The notes under the pieces: model-generated
Databases searched by the model: none
What the model was told of the DNA's origin: nothing
Seen by the model: only the letters and a program-made list of their open reading frames with translations
In this document: piece after piece, positions 55,411-64,000 of the stretch
Position numbering within the stretch: position 1 is the stretch's first letter
Layout: each line of letters begins with the position of its first letter
NCBI GenBank assembly: GCA_964385625.1
Contig: CAYLPS010000001.1
Coordinates: 27,287 to 91,286 of the forward strand
Length of the DNA: 64,000 bases
Origin: an uncultured Anaerolineaceae bacterium
Lineage (GTDB): Bacteria; Chloroflexota; Anaerolineae; Anaerolineales; UBA4823
Direction of reading: 5' to 3'
Translations under genes and position numbers: made by a program

Positions 55411-56997
55411 CTATGCTTTCTCCGAATCATCAAAACGATAGTGTAAATCGCCAACATGCACGAACCAGGGTCTGGATGCCAGCAGGGCAAGGATCGGTCC
55501 GGGTGGGCAGCGTCGCATAATGTTTACTGCGGCGTAAAGCTCGCTGGCGTGTACATGGCTTTGCGGGTTCAATTTCACCAGATCGCGCACCGTATTTACC
55601 ACGATTTTCTCGAATGGCATATGGTCTTTCTGCAGCTGTTTCCAGGCTGCATCCAGTGCTTCGGGGTCTGGGATGGCTATTGCCATCCGATCGTCATAGA
55701 CGGCTGTGACCACTTGCTTTAGCATGGCGAAGACGATCCCCCCGTCTGAGCCGACCAGCACAGTACGCACCCAGTCGCGCGAGCCACGCTGTGAATCACA
55801 TTGCACGATGACTTCCCCCGGATTCTTGCCTCCTCTCACCCTCACCAGGCTGCCCGGCATTAAGCCGTGAGTAGTATAGAAATCTTGCAGCCCGAAGACA
55901 TAATGGTTTTTACGCACCACCCACCCGGGGAATTTATGCCCGGTTTCACCATCCACCAGCTCGAAACGGATTCGGGGTGCTTCATATGCCGTGGGGAAAA
56001 GGTGAATGATGCGTGCTGTCAGTGGCAGGGTTCCCGATCGCCAATGGGGATAAGTTAACGTCACCTGCACCTCATTGGGGGTCGGATAATTGCCAATCAC
56101 CGGCGAGAGTTCGTCATCCAGTTTTTGCTCAAGGTCAATCATCTCGTCCGTCAATAAAGACCGGTCATAATCCATCTCTTGATAGCGCAGATAAACAGGA
56201 ACTTGCAATACACTTTCGGGTTCCAGGCGGTTGAGGAACCACAACACTTCTCCAGCTGGACCTACTTCATCAAATCGAGGGTCTTCTTGCAAGGCATGGT
56301 CCAGCGAGAACTCCACCAGCTTTGAATTGCTCTCGGAAGCCAACCCCACCTGTTCCAGCAAAGCCCTGGTGGGTAAAGGCCCACCTCCGGTCATATCCAG
56401 GATCGCTTCGGCCAGGTTCAGGTGCCCTGCGTTAATATCTACCAATAAGGCACGCGGAAACCATTTCCCTGCAATCCTCACAAATTCCGGGTTTTTGGTC
56501 AGGTCAGAATCGAGGGCTTGCAGCAGCTTTTCCCCATAGTTATCCAAAACCAGGTTTGGATCAAGCGAATCTTCGCTTTCGGTAATTTCCTGGTGTTCAT
56601 TTAGGATATGGTCCTGGATATTTGAGGCAAATTCCCTGCTATCCTGGTTGTCAAACTTTACCTGGATCACCTCAAAATTTCCAAGGTCGGGGTTCTGCCC
56701 GGGGCGGATTGCTGTCACCTTGGCGTGCTGCCAGCCGAAAGCAGGGAAAACGAGATCCTGGTTCACTTTGAAAGTATCAGCAGGCTTATAGATATCACTA
56801 CCTGAAGTGCGTTGTTTTTCGATCGACAGTTTTTCTTTGCGAATGCGTTCGTCAACCAGCGCGGATAGCAGTTCGGGAGAGGTTAATGGTGTTTCAATTT
56901 CAAGGAGATAATTATAAATAAACTCTCGATCCTCATCATTAAGCTCAAATGTTTCCCAGTAATCTTCACGTAGCGATAATGTTGCCAGACTCATCAT
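55411..56997 (-). CDS. Hypothetical soluble protein (528 aa)
   Basis: Long uninterrupted ORF with coding-like composition, an acidic N-terminal helical region and no TM segment. I recognised no catalytic motif. Confidence 0.6.
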   Translation of the reverse strand: MMSLATLSLREDYWETFELNDEDREFIYNYLLEIETPLTSPELLSALVDERIRKEKLSIEKQRTSGSDIYKPADTFKVNQDLVFPAFGWQHAKVTAIRPGQNPDLGNFEVIQVKFDNQDSREFASNIQDHILNEHQEITESEDSLDPNLVLDNYGEKLLQALDSDLTKNPEFVRIAGKWFPRALLVDINAGHLNLAEAILDMTGGGPLPTRALLEQVGLASESNSKLVEFSLDHALQEDPRFDEVGPAGEVLWFLNRLEPESVLQVPVYLRYQEMDYDRSLLTDEMIDLEQKLDDELSPVIGNYPTPNEVQVTLTYPHWRSGTLPLTARIIHLFPTAYEAPRIRFELVDGETGHKFPGWVVRKNHYVFGLQDFYTTHGLMPGSLVRVRGGKNPGEVIVQCDSQRGSRDWVRTVLVGSDGGIVFAMLKQVVTAVYDDRMAIAIPDPEALDAAWKQLQKDHMPFEKIVVNTVRDLVKLNPQSHVHASELYAAVNIMRRCPPGPILALLASRPWFVHVGDLHYRFDDSEKA

Positions 56998-57187
56998 TGC
57001 AAAAATAACCTACACCACCAATCCGAAAAAGGGTTGTAATACTAATTTTATGTTGCGATTTTCCTGATATCCCAGCGCTTGCATCGTTATTTAACCGTCT
57101 AATGACACCCTTTGCACAATATATTTAGCACGGCTATTATACTCGATGAATAATAATTAAGATGTGTTTGAACCTTTGCTTGTGGGA

Positions 57188-57216
57188 ATGCCATTTCACC
57201 TGTGAAGTACTATAAT
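57188..57216 (+). promoter_or_regulatory. Candidate promoter for the DUF2007-like gene
   Basis: ATGCCA, a 17-nt spacer, then TATAAT (57211-57216). The spacer contains the inverted repeat TTCACctGTGAA. Confidence 0.3.
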
Positions 57217-57285
57217 AAGAATATATGTACAGACGAATCGAATGAGTATGGATTATTACCGGGATTATGTGATGGAGATATAAGC

Positions 57286-57567
57286 ATGGCTGATGAAGAG
57301 TGGGTATTGGTGGATAAGGTTCCCGGCCAGCTACAGGCAGAAATACTGCGCGGGTTGCTTGAAGCCCAGGGCATTACCGTATGGTTGAACCAGGAAGGTG
57401 CCGCCCACGCCTATGCCGTAGCGGTGGGTGCGATGGGATCGGTCGAGATTTTGGTGCCTACCAGTATGGTCGAAAAAGCCCGCCAAATACTGGAGGGATA
57501 CTACCGGGGCGATTATGAGAATACGGAGTTTAATAGCCCGATAACGGGTGGGCCGGATGATCAATAA
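57286..57567 (+). CDS. Small DUF2007-like protein (putative signal-transducing fold)
   Basis: 93 aa. The sequence EWVLVDKVPGQLQAEILRGLLEAQGITVWL ... VEILVPTSMVEKARQIL resembles the DUF2007 pattern. A GGAGA RBS precedes the ATG at 57286. Confidence 0.4.
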   Translation: MADEEWVLVDKVPGQLQAEILRGLLEAQGITVWLNQEGAAHAYAVAVGAMGSVEILVPTSMVEKARQILEGYYRGDYENTEFNSPITGGPDDQ

Positions 57568-57589
57568 ATCATATATTTTATGAATTGGA

Positions 57590-58987
57590 TTATGGGAATT
57601 CCTGGTCCAACCACTGTAATGGTTCAACCTGTACACCACCGACGATTACCTCGAAATGTAAATGTGGACCTTCCACCCTCCCGGTATTCCCCACCCTGCC
57701 TATAAATTGGCCTTGTTCTACGTGTTCTCCCACCTTCACCAGGATTTCTGATTGGTGCAGGTAAGCAGTGTACACCCCCCAGCCATGGTCAATCATCGTG
57801 GCATTCCCACGTACTGTTAATGGACCTGTAAATACCACCACACCTGCCGCGGCCGCATAAATAGGATTACCTATTTGCCCCATTATGTCCACACCTGTAT
57901 GAAAATATTCATATGCGCTGCCATTATATGATCGCCGGGCTCCATACCATGATGAATAATATCCAATCAAAGCCGGTTCGGTAGGGAAGGTGAAGTTTCC
58001 TTCCCATAGTTTATCAGTGCTCACTGGAGAAAATAATTGCATCCATTTTTGATCTTCAGGTCCAGTTATTGTTGGATCAAGCGTAATAGGGTCAACATTA
58101 TTAATATTTTCGTAATAATAATCTCCAGCAGTAACTAATACCATTTGTGAAAATGAGAATTGATCGTCATTATTATCCTTGCCAAGTAACTCGATCGGAT
58201 AGATGCCGGGCTCTGATAAACAATGGACGCCCTGCAAAGCCACATAATGTCCAGTATTACTTTGAAAGAAGCTGAACGCATGATCTACTAATGATCCACT
58301 CAAAGTTAAGCCGGTAGATCCATTGACTTGAATCTCGGCAGTCTGTCCCTGCACCAGGCCGGCTATTTCCGCAGACGAGATTGCAGGTGGCAATCCACCC
58401 GGCCCGGGATCATCGCCGCTCGCCAGGCGGTACACCTCCCCTGGGATCACGCTGGCTGAGTTATCCATCTGGTTGGCCGTAAGGATTGCCCAAGGGTCGG
58501 TGTCATTGAGCACTGCCAGCTCGAGCAACGATTGTCCTTCGCCTACAGCAACTCGCTTTCCTTGGGCAGTTGGATGGTCATCTTGCACGATGACCAGCGA
58601 GTATCCCACGAATAACTCGTTAGGGCTGGTCAGGTGGTTTAAACGCGCCAGTAACTCAGTGGAAAGGTGGTAGCGCAGGCTCAGGCTGCGTAAGGTCTCA
58701 CCCAATGAAACCTGCTCGGTGGTTAAGACCCCCTGAATCCCATCCAGTCCCGGTATGACCAGTGGCTGGCCAATCCTGATCTGGTTCGGGTCAGTGATAC
58801 CATTGGCAGTTGCCAGGTCATCCTGCGGTACATGGAAGCGATAAGCAATATCCGAGAGGTAATCACCTTCCTGGACAATATATACAGGTCCGGAAGTGTT
58901 TGCCTCCTGTGCCTTACCCGCCCCGGCAGGCAGCAGCAATATCAACAACACAACTATCGATACTGGTTTCAGCCAAAATCTGCTCAT
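57590..58987 (-). CDS. LysM-repeat + M23 metallopeptidase (secreted)
   Basis: Signal peptide, 2-3 LysM repeats (YIVQEGDYLSDIAYRFHV, VSLGETLRSLSLRYHL) and M23 motifs FHTGVDIMG and GPHLHFEV. Confidence 0.8.
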   Translation of the reverse strand: MSRFWLKPVSIVVLLILLLPAGAGKAQEANTSGPVYIVQEGDYLSDIAYRFHVPQDDLATANGITDPNQIRIGQPLVIPGLDGIQGVLTTEQVSLGETLRSLSLRYHLSTELLARLNHLTSPNELFVGYSLVIVQDDHPTAQGKRVAVGEGQSLLELAVLNDTDPWAILTANQMDNSASVIPGEVYRLASGDDPGPGGLPPAISSAEIAGLVQGQTAEIQVNGSTGLTLSGSLVDHAFSFFQSNTGHYVALQGVHCLSEPGIYPIELLGKDNNDDQFSFSQMVLVTAGDYYYENINNVDPITLDPTITGPEDQKWMQLFSPVSTDKLWEGNFTFPTEPALIGYYSSWYGARRSYNGSAYEYFHTGVDIMGQIGNPIYAAAAGVVVFTGPLTVRGNATMIDHGWGVYTAYLHQSEILVKVGEHVEQGQFIGRVGNTGRVEGPHLHFEVIVGGVQVEPLQWLDQEFP

Positions 58988-59365
58988 TTATTCTGCTTGA
59001 GTTTCTTCGAAGCTTACCTTATCACCGATATAGAAGGTTTCCAGGTTCTCCACCCCGGTCTCCAGCACGTACTGGGCTGGTTTTTGAGGTGCATACATCA
59101 CCTTCCACTGTCGAGCCAACACGCGGTCTACCACCGTGTTGGCTTTATCCATCCAGAATACTGCCAGGTCCATCCGCATAAACATCATATGGATGGAAGC
59201 GTTAAAGCGGCTTTCAGAACCCTGCACCAGCAATAAGCCGTAATTTTCCGGCAAGCTTGCGGTGAACATTAAACCTCGCAGCTGGCAGAAAAACGACTTG
59301 CAATACTTTGCCAGGATGAGTTTCGCACCCGGACGGGATTGGTTGGTAATTTTGATGATCCTCAT
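58988..59365 (-). CDS. DUF192-family protein
   Basis: The sequence RGLMFTASLPENYGLLL...IHMMFMRMDLAVFWMD...AQYVLE matches the DUF192 pattern. Its stop abuts the M23 gene start (TAAATG). Confidence 0.55.
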   Translation of the reverse strand: MRIIKITNQSRPGAKLILAKYCKSFFCQLRGLMFTASLPENYGLLLVQGSESRFNASIHMMFMRMDLAVFWMDKANTVVDRVLARQWKVMYAPQKPAQYVLETGVENLETFYIGDKVSFEETQAE

Positions 59366-59446
59366 CTATGGCCGCGATTACCTTGTTCACCAAAATATGG
59401 AAATCAACGCACTGGAAATGCAGGTGACGGGTGTCACCCAACCAGT

Positions 59447-59854
59447 TCATCCTTCCGGATTGGATATTTCCTGCTGCGCTGCAAAGAATTGTTCAATGCG
59501 GTCCACGAGCTCTTGTGGCTTGAAAGGCTTTGCGATGTAATCCTGAACTTTAGCCACCTGCAAACCAAGGATTTTATCGATGTCCTGTGCCTTAGCGGTG
59601 ATGACGATCACCGGGATATGGCGGGTAAGCTCATCAGATTTGATTTCATGGTACACTTCCCAGCCGTCCATGTCTGGCATCATCAGGTCCAGTAATATCA
59701 AATCTGGCAGCTCTTTGCGGATCAGCTTTACTCCTTCCTGGCCTCCATGGGCTCCCAAAACCCTGTACCCACGATGACCTAGGATCAATCGAACCAGGTC
59801 GATCATTTCTTCTTCGTCTTCAATATAAGCCAACCGCTTCACTTGCTTATCCAA
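59447..59854 (-). CDS. Single-domain response regulator (CheY-like receiver)
   Basis: YIEDEEEM, phospho-acceptor region PDLILLDLMMPDMDG, and YIAKPF with the conserved Lys. Confidence 0.8.
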   Translation of the reverse strand: MDKQVKRLAYIEDEEEMIDLVRLILGHRGYRVLGAHGGQEGVKLIRKELPDLILLDLMMPDMDGWEVYHEIKSDELTRHIPVIVITAKAQDIDKILGLQVAKVQDYIAKPFKPQELVDRIEQFFAAQQEISNPEG

Positions 59855-59955
59855 AGCACCCTCCGACGAGAATGGAATCGACTAAAGTTTACCACAAATT
59901 AATCTTCAACCCATTGTGCTGGTCATCGGTCAAATTGATCTGCATCCTGTTAGCC

Positions 59956-59984
59956 TTGCCAGACAACTGCGCCTCAACTATAAT
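59956..59984 (+). promoter_or_regulatory. Sigma-70-type promoter of efp
   Basis: TTGCCA (59956-59961), a 17-nt spacer, then TATAAT (59979-59984). An AAAGAGG RBS precedes the ATG at 60023. Confidence 0.55.
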
Positions 59985-60022
59985 CCCCATGTTAAAATCA
60001 TGAGAGATAAAGAGGCAATGTT

Positions 60023-60580
60023 ATGATCGACGTGAATGAATTGAGAAAAGGGGTGACCTTCGAGTTTGATGGTAAGCTTTATAAGGTGCTGGACTACCAC
60101 CACAATAAACCTGGCCGCGGTAATGCCACCATCCGCGTGAAAGCTGTCGACTTGCGTAGCGGCACCACCCTTGAAAAGACTTTTCAGAGCGGTGAACGGG
60201 TGCAGGAAGCCCGTCTTGATTTCCACAATGTTCAGTACCTCTATAACGATGGCGAGCTATACCATTTTATGGATCTAGACACATTTGAACAGCCTGCTCT
60301 CTCCAAGGGCATATTAGCTGAAAACGCAGATTACCTGACCGAAAATATGGAAATCAAGCTGACCTTTTACCAGGGTGAACCGATCGATATCGAGCTTCCC
60401 ATAACTGTGGATATGGATGTGGTCGAAGCTGACGTAGCCGTGCGGGGAGATACCGCTACCGGGGTTAATAAAAAGGTGAGGACCAACACTGGCTTGGAAG
60501 TGCATGTGCCTGCCTTTGTAAATGTTGGCGATCGCATCCGTATCGACACCCGCACTGGTGCTTACGTGACCAGGGTATAA
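60023..60580 (+). CDS. efp: Translation elongation factor P
   Basis: MIDVNELRKGVTFEFDGKLYKVLDYHHNKPGRGNATIRVK with the KPGRG loop; 185 aa. Confidence 0.95.
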   Translation: MIDVNELRKGVTFEFDGKLYKVLDYHHNKPGRGNATIRVKAVDLRSGTTLEKTFQSGERVQEARLDFHNVQYLYNDGELYHFMDLDTFEQPALSKGILAENADYLTENMEIKLTFYQGEPIDIELPITVDMDVVEADVAVRGDTATGVNKKVRTNTGLEVHVPAFVNVGDRIRIDTRTGAYVTRV

Positions 60581-60600
60581 CATATTTCTATAGGTCAACG

Positions 60601-60951
60601 ATGCGAACACCGGCAGGTAAAGAATGCAGTTATTTTTACGGGGATTATTACCGTGGGCATTTTAAAGAAGAATGCCGGCTGCTAGATTCGGTTTCTCCCC
60701 CACTCCCTTGGAAAAGGGACTTGTGTTTCACTTGCCCGGTGCCAGGGATTCAGCTGGCCAACACCTGTCCATTCATGGTTTTGATCCCCCGCCTGGTGCG
60801 GAAATTACCTTTTGGCAGACAGGAAGTCCGTGTGCAGACCTTTTGCCGTAAAACTGAACGGTCGGGCTTTGATCCATATATCGGTTGTGGGGAATGCCAT
60901 CCATTACCCCCTGAATTCGAAGAAGGTCCTGGTGGCACTTCTACTGTTTGA
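60601..60951 (+). CDS. Small Cys-rich protein, function unknown
   Basis: 116 aa with 9 Cys, including CFTCP and CGEC pairs, which suggests metal binding. It lies immediately downstream of efp. Confidence 0.45.
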   Translation: MRTPAGKECSYFYGDYYRGHFKEECRLLDSVSPPLPWKRDLCFTCPVPGIQLANTCPFMVLIPRLVRKLPFGRQEVRVQTFCRKTERSGFDPYIGCGECHPLPPEFEEGPGGTSTV

Positions 60952-62119
60952 TCTGGACGATACCTTGCTTGGCAATGAAATGAATACCTTTATCCAGGCC
61001 TACTTGCAGGCGCTGGCGAAACGCCTGTCGGTAGTGGCTGAGCCGGTGGTCTTGGTTCGCACACTTCTGGCTGCCACGCAGAAGATGGTGGAAAATCACG
61101 ATCCCTCGCGAACCTTAGAGGATGTATTCGACGCCGAGTTTTACCCTGCTCTTGGCCTAGTTCGCCAGCAGGTCCAGTCGTTTATTGATGACTTTTATGC
61201 ACATGATTTTCCAAGGTTGAAGGCATTGACCCAATTAAAACCCCAGGCTGTGGACGTTGTACAGCAGTTGGTGAAACGGGGAGACCAAGCTGCAATCGCT
61301 ACCAACCCGCTCTTCCCCCGCACGGCAATCCTGCAGCGGTTGAGTTGGGCGGGTTTGCCGGGCGATGAGATTCCTTTTGCTCTGATCCCATCCTATGAGA
61401 CATTCCACTTTTCCAAGCCTAATCCGGCTTATTTTGCCGAATTCCTGGCTCAAATTGGATGGCCGAAAACCCCCGTGGTCATGGTAGGCAATGACCCTGA
61501 ATCGGATATCTGGGCAGCCCGGCAGATCAGTTTGCCCGTTTTTTGGATAACCGGTAATGGAGCGGTCGAGTGGAAGGGTTCGGGTGAGTGTCCTCCGCAT
61601 GGTGAGCTTACAGACCTGCTTTCATGGCTGGATTCAGCACCCATTGAAGTCCTTCCTACCAATTTCACCTCTGCTGAAGCATTGCTGGCCATTTTACGCT
61701 CAACTCCCGCTGCCTTGGCAACATTATTTCGCCTGCATCCTGCGAATCTTGACCAGCGGCCGCTCCCCGGTGAATGGAGTCCCGGTGAAGTGTTATGTCA
61801 TTTACGGGATGTGGATGCAGAAGTAAATCTGCCCCGGCTACAGAAAGTGATGCGTGAAATTAACCCGTTTCTTCCCGGTGAAGATACCGATCCATGGGCC
61901 GACTTGCGCAGATATTGTGACCAGGATCCATCGCAAGCCTTGGAGGATTTTATCAGGGCAAGGCAGGCTATACTTGAACTATTATCTAATATACATCCGG
62001 AGGATTGGGAACGACGCGCCCGTCACGCGATCTTTGGCCCTACCCACCTGCGTGAGCTGGTCAATATCGTTGCCGGGCACGATATTTTACACTTGCAGCA
62101 GGTATTCAAAGCCCTGTAG
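60932..62119 (+). CDS. HAD-superfamily hydrolase fused to a DinB-like four-helix-bundle domain
   Basis: HAD motif I LFDLDDTLL, motif III/IV region MVGNDPESDI. The C-terminal DinB-like His triad context is CHLRDVD, RHAIFG and AGHDILHLQQ. The GTG at 60932 is the preferred start. Confidence 0.6.
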   Translation: MALLLFDLDDTLLGNEMNTFIQAYLQALAKRLSVVAEPVVLVRTLLAATQKMVENHDPSRTLEDVFDAEFYPALGLVRQQVQSFIDDFYAHDFPRLKALTQLKPQAVDVVQQLVKRGDQAAIATNPLFPRTAILQRLSWAGLPGDEIPFALIPSYETFHFSKPNPAYFAEFLAQIGWPKTPVVMVGNDPESDIWAARQISLPVFWITGNGAVEWKGSGECPPHGELTDLLSWLDSAPIEVLPTNFTSAEALLAILRSTPAALATLFRLHPANLDQRPLPGEWSPGEVLCHLRDVDAEVNLPRLQKVMREINPFLPGEDTDPWADLRRYCDQDPSQALEDFIRARQAILELLSNIHPEDWERRARHAIFGPTHLRELVNIVAGHDILHLQQVFKAL

Positions 62120-62152
62120 TCTCCACTTGCGAAAAATGATGCTTTTTGCGCT

Positions 62153-62175
62153 CCGCCTCCAAAATATGGAGGTGG
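62153..62175 (+). terminator. Possible intrinsic terminator after the HAD-DinB gene
   Basis: Stem CCGCCTCC / GGAGGTGG (one G-T pair) with loop aaaatat, followed by tgttgtaatt, a weak T tract. Confidence 0.3.
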
Positions 62176-62241
62176 TGTTGTAATTGCTATAGCTCCGCCG
62201 CAGGATCGTGGAGCTGATCGATTTCGTCATTGGAGGCATCA

Positions 62242-63486
62242 ATGCGTAAAAGGATTGTCATCACCGGCATGGGGTGCATATCACCATTGGGAAATGATGT
62301 TGACACCTTGTGGAGTAATGTCCTGGTGGGCAAGTCAGGCGTGGGATTGATCAGCCTTTATGACACCAGCCGGTTCAAAGTCAAAATCGGGGCAGAGATA
62401 AAGAATTTTGATGCTGTGTCGTTATTTGGGGTTCGTGATGCGCGCCGTATGGACCGCTTTGTTCAATTTGCTATGGCAGCCGCCATGCAGGCGGTGGAGC
62501 AATCAAGATTGGTGGTGAATGAAACAAACCGTGACCGTATTGGGGTGATGCTCGGGTCGGGTATTGGGGGGATGAACACCATGTCTGAGCAAATGGCGGT
62601 ATTTTCCCAGCGTGGTCCCGACCGGGTCAGCCCCTTTCTGGTGCCCATGATGCTCCCTGATTCTGCCGCAGGCATGGTGGCAATCCATCTGGGTGTGCGC
62701 GGCCCCAATATGGCTGTCGTATCTGCTTGCGCCAGCGGGAGTAACGCCATCGGTGAGGCAGCTGAAGTTATCCGGCGTAGCGCAGCTGATGTGGTGATCT
62801 GTGGCGGCAGCGAGGCTGTGATTGTGCCCATTGCCATGGCTGGACTGGGGGTGATGAATGCCCTCTCAACTCGCAACGATGAGCCTGAACGTGCCTCTCG
62901 GCCATTCGACGGGCAACGGGATGGGTTTGTGATGGGCGAGGGGGCGGGAATCCTGGTGCTTGAATCCCTCGAGCATGCCCGTGAGCGCGGCACGCCCATC
63001 CTGGGCGAAATCAGTGGCTATGGAACCAGCAATGATGCCTATCATATTTCGGCTCCCTCTGAAAACGGTGCCGGGGCAGCACTGTGCATGCGTAATGCTC
63101 TTGAAAATGCGGGCTTATCAGCGAAGGATATCAGTTATATCAACGCCCATGGCACCAGCACGCAGCTAAATGATAAAAGCGAGACCCAGGCTATTAAAGA
63201 AGTGTTTGGGTCGCAAGCATATCGCATCCCAGTATCCTCCACTAAATCCATGACCGGTCATCTGCTGGGTGCAGCCGGGGCTTTGGAAGCAGTGATCTGC
63301 GTTAAAGTCTTGCAAGAAGCTGTGCTACCGCCTACCATTAACTATGAGTTCCCCGATCCAGAATGCGACCTCGATTATATTCCCAACCACGCACGCCAGG
63401 CACAGGTGGCGCATATCATGTCCAATTCATTCGGCTTTGGGGGGCATAATGCCACTATTATTATCAGCCGGCTCGATCAGGTTTGA
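62242..63486 (+). CDS. fabF: 3-oxoacyl-ACP synthase II
   Basis: RIVITGMG, active-site Cys VSACASGSNAIG, NAHGTST and SFGFGGHNA. A GGAGG RBS precedes the ATG at 62242. Confidence 0.9.
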   Translation: MRKRIVITGMGCISPLGNDVDTLWSNVLVGKSGVGLISLYDTSRFKVKIGAEIKNFDAVSLFGVRDARRMDRFVQFAMAAAMQAVEQSRLVVNETNRDRIGVMLGSGIGGMNTMSEQMAVFSQRGPDRVSPFLVPMMLPDSAAGMVAIHLGVRGPNMAVVSACASGSNAIGEAAEVIRRSAADVVICGGSEAVIVPIAMAGLGVMNALSTRNDEPERASRPFDGQRDGFVMGEGAGILVLESLEHARERGTPILGEISGYGTSNDAYHISAPSENGAGAALCMRNALENAGLSAKDISYINAHGTSTQLNDKSETQAIKEVFGSQAYRIPVSSTKSMTGHLLGAAGALEAVICVKVLQEAVLPPTINYEFPDPECDLDYIPNHARQAQVAHIMSNSFGFGGHNATIIISRLDQV

Positions 63487-64000
63487 TGATGAGCCCATAT
63501 GCCCACATCACCGGGTGGGGGATGGCGGTCCCTTCCAGGGTGCTGACCAATGCTGATCTGGAGACAATGGTTGATACTGACGATGATTGGATCCAGACCC
63601 GCACGGGAATTCGCCAGCGACATATCGCCGGCGAGGATGAGTCAACCGCCACGCTGGCAAAGGATGCCGCCCTTGATGCCCTTAAGGTCGCCAACCTAAA
63701 CCCGACAGATCTTCAGCTGATCATTGTATCCACCTCAACCCCCGAGTATTTATTTCCAGCCACCGCCTGCATTGTCCAAGATTGGATTGGAGCCGCGCAT
63801 GCAGGTGCATTCGATCTATCCGCGGCTTGCACAGGTTTTATTATTGCTTTAGATATGGCTACCCAGGCAATCCGCAGTGGATCCATCCAAAATGCGCTGG
63901 TGATTGGCGCGGAAACACTCTCTCGATTTGTGGATTGGGAGGATCGCAGCACCTGCATCCTGTTCGGGGATGGCGCAGGTGCTTTTGTGTTACAGGCCAG
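63486..64000 (+). CDS. fabH: 3-oxoacyl-ACP synthase III, 5' portion (runs off window end)
   Basis: This ORF is not in the track because it has no stop in the window. Manual translation gives MMSPYAHITGWGMAVPSRVLTNADLETMVDTDDDWIQTRTGIRQRHIA...FDLSAACTGF (active-site Cys)...ILFGDGAGA. The ATG overlaps the fabF stop (TGATG). Confidence 0.85.
   Translation, partial: MMSPYAHITGWGMAVPSRVLTNADLETMVDTDDDWIQTRTGIRQRHIAGEDESTATLAKDAALDALKVANLNPTDLQLIIVSTSTPEYLFPATACIVQDWIGAAHAGAFDLSAACTGFIIALDMATQAIRSGSIQNALVIGAETLSRFVDWEDRSTCILFGDGAGAFVLQA

Noticed and set aside
32686-57216. A shared ATGCCAT...TTCACCT...TATAAT string at two candidate promoters (minus strand at 32686-32713 and plus strand at 57188-57216), with TGAATTCA and TTCACctGTGAA palindromes.
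   Set aside because: The position of TTCACCT relative to both hexamers differs by 3-4 nt, and the palindromes have different geometry. With only two instances I cannot separate a regulator site from coincidence, so I kept them only as low-confidence promoters.
1-64000. CRISPR arrays, rRNA operons, insertion sequences, prophage genes and toxin-antitoxin pairs.
   Set aside because: Reading both strands revealed no regularly spaced direct repeats, no transposase, integrase or phage structural motifs, and no small paired ORFs with TA-like features. The only repeats seen are Pro/Thr-linker coding repeats and the paralogous M23 genes.

Overview
This is a gene-dense 64-kb chromosomal segment with about 60 CDS, 2 tRNAs and 1 SRP RNA. 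I saw no CRISPR array, rRNA, transposase or integrase. All calls come from reading motifs in the ORF translations and the raw DNA; no homology search or folding program was run. The gene content suggests an anaerobic or facultative bacterium, perhaps Chloroflexota (Anaerolineae-like), but that taxonomic guess is inference only. The relevant content is LysM-M23 lipoproteins, TadE/TadG-like proteins, a fused ADP-forming acetyl-CoA synthetase, a glycyl-radical enzyme and SelB. Most of the window is housekeeping: lspA, a rluD-like synthase, threonine aldolase, PNP, comEA, dcd, folK, thiolase, a GH1 beta-glucosidase, lepB, mogA, lon, hsp20, tpx, efp and fabF/fabH. Several loci look accessory or unusual. 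(1) An ECF sigma/anti-sigma pair is followed by three TadE/TadE/TadG-like genes with no pilus machinery. The same GTAAC-N16-CGTT element lies upstream of both the sigma gene and the trio (42.7-47.4 kb). (2) Three translationally coupled integral-membrane genes with diverged Mrp/NuoLMN-type antiporter-like folds have no partner subunits (32.7-36.4 kb). (3) A GntR / glycyl-radical activase / glycyl-radical enzyme locus has residues matching what I recall of hydroxyproline dehydratase HypD. (4) Three LysM-M23 lipoprotein paralogs sit in tandem. (5) A PHP-AlbA_2 fusion is coupled to a GNAT. (6) A 7TM-GAF-HTH membrane regulator is present. (7) SelB is co-operonic with a coiled-coil protein. (8) Two coupled conserved hypotheticals end 8 nt from a tRNA-Arg. 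My best candidates for something undescribed are (1) and (2), but I cannot prove novelty from sequence alone.
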